DNA of 64,000 bases, taken from assembly GCA_964016885.1 (NCBI GenBank), contig OZ024741.1, positions 72,974,001 through 73,038,000 on the forward strand, given 5' to 3'. Positions 30,778 to 42,691 of this stretch are shown here, in pieces (the first letter of the stretch is position 1; each line of letters opens with the position of its first letter). Source of the DNA: Eledone cirrhosa (lineage: Eukaryota). A program made the position numbers and the translations under genes. Below the pieces are notes generated by a model. The model saw only the letters and a program-made list of their open reading frames with translations, did no database searches and was not told the origin of the DNA.

Positions 30778-31014
30778 CAAGAACAAGAACAACAACAACA
30801 ACAACAACAACAGTAGCAGTAGTAGCAGCAGTAGCAGCAACAACAACAGCAGCAAGAACAACAACACTGAAACAACATCGACGACGATGATGACAACAAC
30901 GACAGCAATAACAACAACAACGACAACAACGACGACAACAACAACGACGACAACAACAACGACAACAACAACAACGACGACAACAACAACAACATCGACA
31001 ACAACAACGACGAC

Positions 31015-31048
<34 letters not shown>

Positions 31049-31069
31049 ACAACGACAACGACACCGACG

Positions 31070-31101
<32 letters not shown>

Positions 31102-31120
31102 GACAACAAGAACAACGACG

Positions 31121-31152
<32 letters not shown>

Positions 31153-31270
31153 GACGACAACAACGACGACAACAACAACAGTAACAACAACGACAACAAC
31201 AACAACGACGACGACGACAACAACAACAACAACAACCAGAACAACAACAACAACGACAACGACACCGACG

Positions 31271-31303
<33 letters not shown>

Positions 31304-31359
31304 ACGACAACAAGAACAACGACGACAACAACAACAACGACAACGACACCGACGACAAC

Positions 31360-31392
<33 letters not shown>

Positions 31393-31447
31393 GACGACAA
31401 CAACAACAACAACGACGACAACAACAACAACAACGACAACGACACCG

Positions 31448-31478
<31 letters not shown>

Positions 31479-31620
31479 CGACGACAACCACAACGACAAC
31501 CACAACGACAACAACAACGACAACAACAACAACGACAACAACGACGACAACAACAACAGTAACAACAACGACAACAATAACAACGACGACGACGACAACA
31601 ACAACAACAACAACCAGAAC

Positions 31621-31653
<33 letters not shown>

Positions 31654-31687
31654 GGCGACAACAACAACAGCAACAACAACGACGACG

Positions 31688-31720
<33 letters not shown>

Positions 31721-31822
31721 ACAATAATAACAACAACAACAACACCAACACCGACAACAACGACGACAACAACGACAACAACAACGACGACGACAACAAC
31801 AACAACGACAACGACACCGACG

Positions 31823-31855
<33 letters not shown>

Positions 31856-31861
31856 ACGACG

Positions 31862-31906
<45 letters not shown>

Positions 31907-32204
31907 ACAACGACAACGACACCGACGACAACAACAACAACAACAACGACGACAACAACAACGACAACCACAACGACAACAACAACGACAACAACAACGA
32001 CGACAACAACGACGACAACAACAACAGCAACAACAACGACGACGACAACAACAACAACAACGACGACGACAACAACAACAACAACAACGAGAACAACAAC
32101 AACAACAACAACAACGACGACGACAACAACAGCAACAACAACGACGACGACAACAACAAAAACGACGACGACAACAACAACAACAACAACAACAACAACG
32201 ACAA

Positions 32205-32256
<52 letters not shown>

Positions 32257-32273
32257 GACGACAACAACAACAA

Positions 32274-32304
<31 letters not shown>

Positions 32305-32349
32305 AATAACGACAACAACAACGACAACAACAACAACGACAACACGACG

Positions 32350-32381
<32 letters not shown>

Positions 32382-32436
32382 GACGACAACAACAACGACG
32401 ACAACAACAACAACAACAACGACAACGACACCGACG

Positions 32437-32470
<34 letters not shown>

Positions 32471-32703
32471 CGACAACCACAACGACAACAACAACGACAA
32501 CAACAACGACGACAACAACGACGACAACAACAACAGCAACAACAACGACGACGACAACAACAACAACGACGACGACAACAACAACAACAACAACGAGAAC
32601 AACAACAACAACAACAACAACAACAACGACGACAACAACAACAGCAACAACAACGACGACGACAACAACAAAAACGACGACGACAACAACAACAACGACG
32701 ACG

Positions 32704-32737
<34 letters not shown>

Positions 32738-32910
32738 CGACAACGACAACAACAACAACAACGACAACAACGACGACAACAACAACGACGCCAACAACAA
32801 CAACAACAACAACAACAACAACGACAACGACAACGACAACAACAACAACAACAACAACGACGACAACAACAACGACGACAACAACAACAACGACAACAAC
32901 GACGACGACG

Positions 32911-32941
<31 letters not shown>

Positions 32942-33360
32942 CGACAACAACCAACAACAACAACAACAACAACGACAATAACAACGACAACAACGACGAC
33001 AACAACAACGACAACAACAACGACGACAACAACAACAACAACAACGACAACGACAACGACAACAATAACGACAACAACAACGACAACAACAACAACGACA
33101 ACAACGACGACAACAACAACGACGACAACAACAACAACAACAACGACAACGACAACGACAACAACAACGACAACGACAACAACAACGACAACAACGACGA
33201 CAACAACAACGACGACAACAACAACAACGACAACAACTACAACAACAACGACAACAACAACGACGACAACAACAACGACAACGACAACAACAACGACAAC
33301 AACGACAACAACAACAACGACAACAACGAAGACAACAACAACAACTACATCAACAATAAT
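30778..33360. repeat. (AAC/GAC)n compound trinucleotide tract
   Basis: About 2.6 kb of AAC/GAC triplets; source of the poly-T, poly-Q and poly-V ORFs. Confidence 0.97.
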
Positions 33361-33490
33361 ATAGTGAAACATCTCCGTCCAGTCAATATACCCCCACCAC
33401 AATGCAATATCTTGCTATTCTTGACATTAAAGCATTTTGTATTTAGGCTTAGAGCAAATATAGATGCAGTTACACACACACACACGCACA

Positions 33491-33564
<74 letters not shown>

Positions 33565-33695
33565 GAGATATGTGCATATATATGTGTATATATGTGTATA
33601 TATATATAAATATATTTAAATGTACATGACATATAATATATATGTATACATACATATACATATATATATATGTCATATACATTTAAATACACATG

Positions 33696-33743
<48 letters not shown>

Positions 33744-33746
<3 letters not shown>

Positions 33747-33921
33747 AAACTATATTTATAAAACCATATTTATTCTATTATATATATTTCAAGGGTTACC
33801 AAAAATGTTGGTACGCTATCATCAGATAAAATACAAAATGTTTTATTAACGGTTCAAGTTATCCCTGGAAAGTCAGTTGTAAACATCTATATTTGTTGGA
33901 TTTCCAACAAATTAAATATCT

Positions 33922-33925
<4 letters not shown>
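33744..33925 (-). mobile_element. Family H5 pseudo-LTR fragment with HHR (33771-33833)
   Basis: Minus strand tattttat-CTGATGA-..-GAAA-tatata-TA-atagaata; flanked by (TA)n. Confidence 0.72.
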
Positions 33926-33977
<52 letters not shown>

Positions 33978-33991
33978 TCAATGTGAATATT

Positions 33992-34037
<46 letters not shown>

Positions 34038-34120
34038 GGAGGTGAGTTTTATTGTAGTACAATAAAGCAATGCAGATATCGGATAAGAAGCACTCTACAA
34101 TTTGTAGGACTGGAGTATAC

Positions 34121-34455
34121 ATAATATAAGATCAAAAGATGGTTAAAGGAGTTCCATGTATTTTATTATGCGCATTTCAAAAACAAACATCATCATGCAA
34201 TAATATTTGTGTTTTCATCAGATAAAACAGGAGAACATGATATGAAGGCTAAAAAAAAACACTTGTGGATAGTGCTAAAAAAACACTTGTGGATATGTTG
34301 ATTTAAAACTGCACTATCCACAAGTGTTTTTTTAGCCTTCATATCATGTTCTCCTGTTTTATCTGATGAAAACACAAATATTATTACATGATGATGTTTG
34401 TTTTTGAAATGCGCATAATAAAATACATGGAACTCCTTTAACCATCTTTTGATCT

Positions 34456-34463
<8 letters not shown>
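34121..34463. repeat. Fold-back element, ~155-bp arms, one HHR per arm (family H7)
   Basis: 34121-34275 is the reverse complement of 34311-34463; the 35-bp spacer partly duplicates the arm end. Confidence 0.93.
34357..34423 (+). ncRNA. Type I hammerhead ribozyme (family H7); mirror copy ~34161-34227 (-)
   Basis: ttttat-CTGATGA-[A/T-rich stem II]-GAAA-tgcgca-TA-ataaaa; stem III palindrome ATGCGCAT. Confidence 0.8.
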
Positions 34464-34492
<29 letters not shown>

Positions 34493-35065
34493 TATATGTA
34501 TGTATTAATGTTTATATATATATATATATCTTTCTCTGTATGTATATATAATAGACATCACACCGCTCGGTCTGTTTTACTCTGTTCTCCTTTCTACGTC
34601 TCAGTGCCCTCTTCTTTGTCTGCACGTTGGACAACAGTCCTTATTATACTCTTCTATTTTACTATACCTCTCCTTTCTATATTTTTTCTCCTTTGGATAA
34701 ACACTTGCTTAATATGCTTGAAGCCATAACTTTACTTGTTTCGTTATGTCCCAATGTTTGGCCACCATGAACGTTATCGATCAAAATTAACCGAAACCGT
34801 AGTGATTTTCAGGAGTTAACTGGGGAGATGTGACTGTACGTCTTTTCGTTGTTTTTTTCCATTGCCTTTGTCTTATGCGCCCCCTATTTTGAATTTATAT
34901 TCTAAAGACTTAGTCATGCAGGTATTTTTGAAATTATTATATAATAGACATCATACCGCCTAGCCTGTTTCCCTCTATTCTACCTTCTCACCTTTTGCCT
35001 CAGTGTCTTTCTTCTTTGTCTGCCCCTTTGAATACAGTCCATATATATATATGTTTGAATAGAGT

Positions 35066-35147
<82 letters not shown>

Positions 35148-35254
35148 AATACATATATATATATATATAAAACGAAGGAAGTGTGGTAAGGAACCAGATG
35201 GACCATAACGCACCAGAGTACTCAATACTTAGGGTAGTAGTAGTAGAGTGGGTA

Positions 35255-35370
35255 ATAGGAAAATGTTTAACGCCGGCGGCAGAGCTAAAGCCGTTTCGAC
35301 GGCTATTTCTGGACAGAAATAGCCGTCCAAACGGCTTGAGCCCTGCCGTCAGTGTTAAACACTTTCCTAT
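35255..35370. repeat. GC-rich imperfect palindrome (~57-bp arms)
   Basis: ataggaaaatgtttaac..gacggctatttctg / cagaaatagccgtc..gttaaacactttcctat. Confidence 0.85.
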
Positions 35371-35379
35371 ATATATATG

Positions 35380-35560
35380 CGAGAAAAACCACAAAGCCCC
35401 AATCTCAATTCTACTTTTGAAAAGCATAAGAACTGTGAAACCAGTAAATGAAACAAATAAATATTCTTAAAAAGACTCCAGTTGCATTTTCGATTTTTTC
35501 CTTATACTTTCACTCCTTTTTTTATTCATTTAAAATAAACCTCATTTTCTTTTACACATA
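35380..35560 (+). mobile_element. Pseudo-LTR-like fragment with degenerate U3-A8 HHR (family H9, 35414-35450)
   Basis: Homologous to 36957-37165 in inverted orientation; TTGAAAA-gca..tgt-GAAA-ccag-TA. Confidence 0.65.
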
Positions 35561-35582
35561 TGTATATATATATATATATATA

Positions 35583-36893
35583 TATTGTTATGCTTTGGGA
35601 GGGTCATGTTGCCAATAAGAAACACACGCACCAGTAGCTTTCACTCCAATTTAATATAAATTAAATTTATAAATTCAGGAATTTATAAATTTCCGGTTGG
35701 TTGGTTGGTTCCACAACCAGATGATTGTTCATATATTGTCAAAGTTCTTTCGTCACACATTCGGTGACCTCTTCAGTGACTGGGGATTATTTTCTTTGTT
35801 TTTGTGCCTCTCCTTTGTTCTGTCCTACGCCATCTTGTTTTTGTGTGTGTTGTGTGCTTAGTTTGCGCATGTGTTACATCCGGGTGTCTGTGTGTGTTTA
35901 TATTTGTTTATTTATTTGTTTATTTACATGTTACTGGTTGGTTGTTTGTTCTATGTGTGTGTGTGTTTTCATTTTGTCCTTAATTGTAAATTGTGATGTT
36001 GCTGTTCCATTCATGTTTTCTATTTAATTTTGGTTGGAGTTCATTTATGTTTATTGCCTCTGTGATTTGTCTAAACATTGCGTCTTTTCTGTGTGTAGAT
36101 TCTATTTTTATTTCTATGTTCTCTAATTTACCCTTATGTTCTATTTTAGCATGTTGGTGGAGTACAGACGATTCTTTACTATCTTGAAGCTCTCGCCAGT
36201 GTTCATTTATCCGTTCCCTTATACTACGAGCTGTCTCACCTATGTACACTATATTCTTATCTCTACATTGTCCTTCAGTAAATCTTATGCTATATAATAC
36301 ATTTCTAGTTTTACAGTTAATATGGAGGCTTAGTTTACATTTCTTAACTATACAGGGAGGTCTTTGAAAAGGGTATGTATTGCTAATAAGTGTTTTTATG
36401 GAGAAAACATGAATGGAACAGCAACATCACAACTTACAATTAAGGACAAAATGAAAACACACACACACATAGAACAAACAATCAACCAGTAACATGTAAA
36501 TAAACAAATAAATAAACAAATATAAACACACAGACACCCGGATGTAACACATGCGCAAACTAAGCACACAACACACACAAAAACAAGATGGCGTAGGACA
36601 GAACAAAGGAAAGGCACAAAAACAAAGGAAATAATCCCCAGTCACTGAAGAGGCCACAGAATGTGTGATGAAAGAATTTTGACAATATATGAACAATCGT
36701 CTGGTTGTGGAACCAACCAACCAACCGGAAATTTATAAATTCCTAAATTTATAAATTTAATTTATAATAAATTGAAGTGAAAGCAACTGGTGCGTGTGTT
36801 TCTTATTGGCAACATGAACCTCCCAAAGCATAATAATATCGGTTTCAACACACGTTTTCAGATAAAGAATCTTGCTAAACAAATTCAGAAACG

Positions 36894-36896
<3 letters not shown>
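35583..36896 (-). mobile_element. 5'-truncated Penelope-like element (GIY-YIG C-terminus) with inverted pseudo-LTRs, HHR family H8
   Basis: ORF 35980-36249 YIGETARSIRERINEH..RQITEA..PKLN; inverted arms 35583-36021 and 36402-36838; HHR gtca-CTGAAGA-g-gtcac..gtgac-GAAA-gaac-TT-tgac at 35738-35780 (-) and 36641-36683 (+). Confidence 0.88.
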
Positions 36897-36963
<67 letters not shown>

Positions 36964-37092
36964 GTGAGGTTTTTTACAAAATTAAAAATAACCGAGGTGT
37001 CCTACACGAGTGGAAGTATAGAGAAAAAAAGATGAAATCGAAAATGCAACTGGAGTCTTATTTTAAAATATATATATATATATATTTGGTTC

Positions 37093-37128
37093 CTTTACCG
37101 GTTTCGCAGTTCTTCTGCTTTTCAAAAG
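37093..37128 (-). ncRNA. Minimal hammerhead ribozyme with U3-A8 core (family H9)
   Basis: ctt-TTGAAAA-gcag[aagaa]ctgc-GAAA-ccgg-TA-aag. Confidence 0.75.
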
Positions 37129-37499
37129 TAGAGTTGAGATGGAGGGTCTGTGGTTTTCTCACATCTGGTTGGTCTTTGAATGTTACTTGTTTTATATGGA
37201 AAAAAGTGGCTCGAAACGCCAGGTTTTTAGAGAAATAATTTGATTGGTTGGTCAATAAGTATAATAAATTTCGGGCCAGTTCGCGTTACTAAGTTCTTAA
37301 AAAAAGAGGGGGGGGGGGCTCAGGTTGTTTTTTTCATATATGAGTGAAGTTTGGTTGGTTGCTGCAGTCACGTGAATAAGTACATCAGCTTTCGCGTCAG
37401 TTTGTTTGAATTTCCTTTTACTTAAAAAAAAGGAAAAAAGGGGTTCACGAAGGCTTTTTTATTTATTTATTTTTTTTTTAATAAATTTTATTTGATTGG

Positions 37500-37564
<65 letters not shown>

Positions 37565-37582
37565 TAGTTTCATATATATATA

Positions 37583-38590
37583 TATTAGATTGGAATGAAA
37601 ATTATCGCATCTTTTCAATTTTTTTTGTATCTTGGCTTTTTTTAACATTAGGAACATTGTACAAGTCAACGTAATCCCCATCATTAGCGATTACCGTCAG
37701 CCGTGGTTTAGAAAGGCACATGGTTCCATCCACGTCGAATTCTGATTTCATTTCAAAGAATTCATCAGTCACTAATTTAACTGGACTGCATTGGCGAAGG
37801 TTTTTTACTGCATTGCTCATGGACAGAAAATGGTGATAATACGTAGTCGTGATGTCAGGCGAATACGACAGGTGAGGAAGAATATCCCAACCCAGCACCA
37901 GCACCTTCTATTGTGTCATCCCCGATGTATGCGGTTTATCGTTATCATGAAGGACTCGAACAGAACCATAATGTGGGAGCAGCTCATAGTGGATGACACC
38001 TTTCCAGTCCCACCAGACGCTCTGGAGGGCCTTGCGAGGGCGTTGGTCAGACTTTTCATGCCGTTGTGTCACTATCTTTATCAACCCACGTTCCCTTGCG
38101 CTTGACATTTATGTAGTGACACCATTGTTCATCGCCAGTGACAATGGAACGTAACCAGTTGGTTGTGCAATGGTAGGCGAGCAGAGAAGTCGCAACTGCT
38201 GCCCGACACTCAGATTGTGGGGCACACATTGGTCCAGCTTGGACACCTTTTCTATTGGATGCAAGTGATTGAGGATGGTTGTTTACCATGCCCCCAAGCA
38301 GTTCAGAAAGTTGATGTGATGTCTGGCGTGGGTCAGCTTCCACCAGCTTACATAGTTGCTTGTTATTGAAGTCAGACGGATGTCCTGTGCAAAGTCGATC
38401 TTCAAGGCTGTAATTACCGGAACGGAAGCGTAGAAAGCATTCCCGGGTACAGAAAGCAGTCCCTGGTACTGCATTACATGGTGTTTCACCCAAATGCATT
38501 GTTAATGCGGCGACTCGATGCTGCTACGCTTAGGTCAGATTTGAAGTCATAATGTAAACAGCCACAAATAAACGATTTGGATAGATCCAT
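37583..38590 (-). mobile_element. Decayed mariner (DD34D-type) transposon
   Basis: Frameshifted fragments IVTGDEQW, VWWDWKGVIHYELLP, LHDNDKPH, WDILPHLSYSPDI; TIR-like tattagattggaatgaaaattatcgc at ~37583; second TIR not found. Confidence 0.88.
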
Positions 38591-38893
38591 GTTGCTTTCC
38601 GTTTGACAATATTAAAATTGCTCCGGGTGATCGATTTATGAAAATATTATATATCTAGATCCAAGGGGTGTTTACATCTGTTTATAAATACAACCCTGGC
38701 AAAACGTATAGTTAAGTGTAGGGTGTATAGGCATCTGTGTAGGGTGTATAGGCACTTTTGTTCTTTCAAATTTCACTCAATCTTTTCAACTATTATCTAT
38801 AGAGATCAAGTCCTCGACTCGCATTACAGTTATTTTCTGTGCTTGAAACTCTCACTCCAATCACATGGATAGTTCATAAGGTTGATGTGTGTG

Positions 38894-38939
<46 letters not shown>

Positions 38940-39109
38940 GATCTCTCTTATCGGGAATGATGTATAGTCTAATTGTTCGATCAACAGAACGATCACACTC
39001 ATTGAATTGGTGTACGAAGTGGCTGAGTATTCCAGACACGCAGACACGCATACCTTTATTGCAATTCACAAGTGACTACTGTGGCGTAGCTCTGATAGTG
39101 ATACTGACG

Positions 39110-39620
39110 CTATTGAAGATGGTGGTGGGGACGGCGATGATAACAGTGATGATGATGAAGATGATGATTATGATGATGATGATGGTTATGTTGATGATGA
39201 TTATGTTGATGATGATTATGATGATGATGATGATGATGATGATGATTATGAGGATTATGATGATGGTTATGTTGATGATGATTATGTTGATGACGATGAT
39301 GATGATGATTATGAGGATTATGATGATGATGATTATGATGATGATTGTTTTAGAGGATTATGATGATGATGATTATGATGATGATGATTATGAGGATGAT
39401 GATTATGAGGATTATGATGATGATTATGATGATGATGATTATGATGATGATGATTATGATGATGAATGTTATGATGATGATGATTATGATGATCATGATT
39501 ATGATGATCATGATTATGATGATGATGATTATGATGGTGATTGTGAGGATTATGATGAAGACGATGATGTCGATATCAATGGTGGTGACGGTGATGATAA
39601 TGGTGATGATGATGGTAGTG
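39110..39620. repeat. (GAT/TAT)n tract
   Basis: Direct triplet repeats. Confidence 0.92.
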
Positions 39621-40194
39621 AGAATTGAAAGTGTGAAAATGTAGGCAAAAAGACGACAAATACAACAAGACAACAATATATAAAAGTAAGAATAAAAAGA
39701 GAGGAAGAAAGAAAGAACAAGAAAGAAGGAAAGAAAAGAACGTCGCATAAATGAATGCGCTTTTGATAACAACAATAATTGCATTCAAAATGGTGCCAGC
39801 CAAGTCAGAATTCCTTCCTTTATTCATTCATGTTTCGTTTTCCTTCTTACATAATCTATTCCACCGTCGTTTCCATCGTTCTTCGCTCTCTTCTTTCTTT
39901 CCTAGCAAGTTATCGCTACGACGTTGAGTTTGTCAAATCTGAAATAATACACATATCATCAGTGAATAGAGAAAACAAAATGGGAAAGGTAGAAAAGAAG
40001 GAAGAAAGGAAGAAAAGACAAAAGGAAGAAAAAGAAGAAGGAGAGAGGGAAAGAAAGAAAATAGAAACGAAAGAAAGATTATCGCGGAAAAATTAGGAAT
40101 TTCCTCTCTGTTCAATTTTTTCTTTACAATATAACATTTTCCCCTTCTATTCGCAACAATTCGCCATCAAACTGGCATTTTCTGGTACCTTTGT

Positions 40195-40453
40195 CGCCGT
40201 TGTTGTTGCTGCAGTGTTGCTCTTGTTGTTGTTATTGTTGTTGTTGTTGTTATTGTTGCTGTTGTTATTGTTATTGTTGTTGTTGTTGTTGCTGTTGCAC
40301 TTGTTTTTGTTGTTGTTGCTGTTGTTTTGTTTCTGTTTCTATGATTCTTGTTTTTGTTGTTGTTATTGTTGTTGTTACTGTTGTTGCTGTTGTAATAGCT
40401 GTTGTTAATTTCATTGTTTCTATTGTTGTTGCTGTTGTTTCTGTTGTTGTTAC

Positions 40454-40493
<40 letters not shown>

Positions 40494-40700
40494 ATTCCTG
40501 GTTGTGCCTCGGCTGCTGCTGTTGCCTTTCTTCTTGATGCCGTTGGTGTTGTTGTTGATGTTGCTGTTGTTGTTTTTGTTGTGATTGATGATGATGTTTT
40601 TGTTGATGACGATGATGACAATGAAGTTGTTGTTGTTGATGATGATGATGATGTTGTGGTTGTTATTGTTGATGATGTTTTCGCTGTTGCATTTGTTGTA
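40195..40700. repeat. (TTG)n-derived tract
   Basis: Direct triplet repeats. Confidence 0.92.
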
Positions 40701-41468
40701 GTTCTTTCTATTTCCAGCACGACTTTGTAGTTTTGATACACTTCCAAACATCAAGACAAAAGGAGCTGTTATTTATTTCGCCGCCATGTTTAGCAGCCTC
40801 CATACGATAAGTGAGTGATGCATCATGGGAACACTGCAGTAGGAACACCGCCGAGAGGCACAACAAAGTTTCAACTGAAGGCCCTTTTATTGCTTTGGCT
40901 GGCAGGAATTGTCTCTGAACTCCGGCGTTTATAACTCCTTCGCCACCACCAGCAACACCACCATCACCACCAACACCAGCAAAACCCACCACCAACATCT
41001 TCCCCTACACTGGCATCAAGCCCAATGGAAACGTTTTGACGGAGTTGAATTACACCTTTTGATTTTTAATACAATTTCAAAACATGCTTTGGCACACGTA
41101 CGTACGTACATACATACATATATACATACATATGTACCTACGTACGTACATACATACATGCATACATACATACATACATACATACATACATACATACATA
41201 CATACATACATACATACATACATACATACATACATACATACATGTACCTACGTACATATATACATACAAACATACATACATTCATACATACATACCTACT
41301 TACGTATATGATGGCTGCCCCCTCGTTATCGAGTATGGCCATTGCACGAGAATAAAAAAAAAATAATAAATAAATAAAATAAAAAATAAAAAAAAAATAA
41401 TAATAATAATAAATAAATAAATAAAAAAAAAAAAGGAAAAGAAAAAAGAAATATATATATATATATAT

Positions 41469-42415
41469 GCAAAAGTTTTATTTAAGATTGTTGGGTTACA
41501 ACGAGTAAATATTTTATAACTGATATAAAAGTACTCAACAGTTTCTGGAGTAGGTTTACGATATGTAGGGTGGAATCTTTTGTAACGCAATGAAGTTTTT
41601 CATGAAATATAAGAATCTGTGGAGCATATCACGTAGGTTCACATGTGTGTCTATATTTATCAACTTGAATTTGAGATAACCTTCTCTTTTCTCTTTTTCT
41701 TTTTTCATGAGAATGCATATATACTTATGTTTGAAGTTTTATCTCAGATTTTGCTTATAGACCTAAGAATTTTTAAACTAAGCATGTGGTCATTTTTTTT
41801 CACACATTATGGATATGTGTCTCATTCATGAATACTGATATTTACATTATAATACCTAATTCATAAAAATTGATAATTCAAATGGATGAGACATAATATA
41901 TTTTTAATATATTTTAAATATATCATCTTTCTTTCTTTTTCTCCTATACACTGGACGTGATTTATGTGTCGGCTAGTCTAACTGTATCCCTTCCCTCCTT
42001 AACCTCTCACATATACGATGATCATCTGTCCAAAAGCTGCCTACTATATTTTTTCACTTCCTCAATGTATTTCTCTCTCCCATATCTCCTTGTCTCTCTA
42101 TCTCGCTCTGTTGTTTTTCTTTACATACATCTCTTCATCTTCTTCTTTTTTTTTATTTACATACATCTCTTCATCTTCTTCTTCTCATCTTCGTTTTTCT
42201 TTCTATATAACTGTCATAACAGTTTCACTACGAAATCAACTTTTTAAATGGAAGTTGCATTATTATAAGGTATGTCAAAAATTATTTATAAAACAGCTTA
42301 TGTATTGTATTTTGTCTGAGGAAGGCATACCATATTTTTAATATGATATCCCAGAAATATATATAACGAAATAAATATGGTTTTATAAATATAGTTTCCA
42401 TTTGTTTAATATCGT
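41469..42415 (+). mobile_element. Family H5 element inserted in the (TA)n of the RTE 3' UTR; HHR at 42308-42373
   Basis: 42240-42415 matches 26850-27024; 41469-41563 matches the reverse complement of 27020-27115; absent from RTE copy 2. Confidence 0.75.
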
Positions 42416-42601
42416 ATATATATATATATATACATACATATATACATACACACATACATACACATACACTCACACATATACACACACATACATTAATAAC
42501 AATAATAATAATAATAATAATAGCAATAATAATAATAACGACAACAACAATAATAATATACATATTCATATATATATACACACACACGCACGCACATAAG
42601 C

Positions 42602-42685
<84 letters not shown>

Positions 42686-42691
42686 TAGCAA

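Noticed and set aside
30581-33402. 700-900 aa T/Q/C/V-rich ORFs
   Set aside because: Translation of an (AAC/GAC)n tract.
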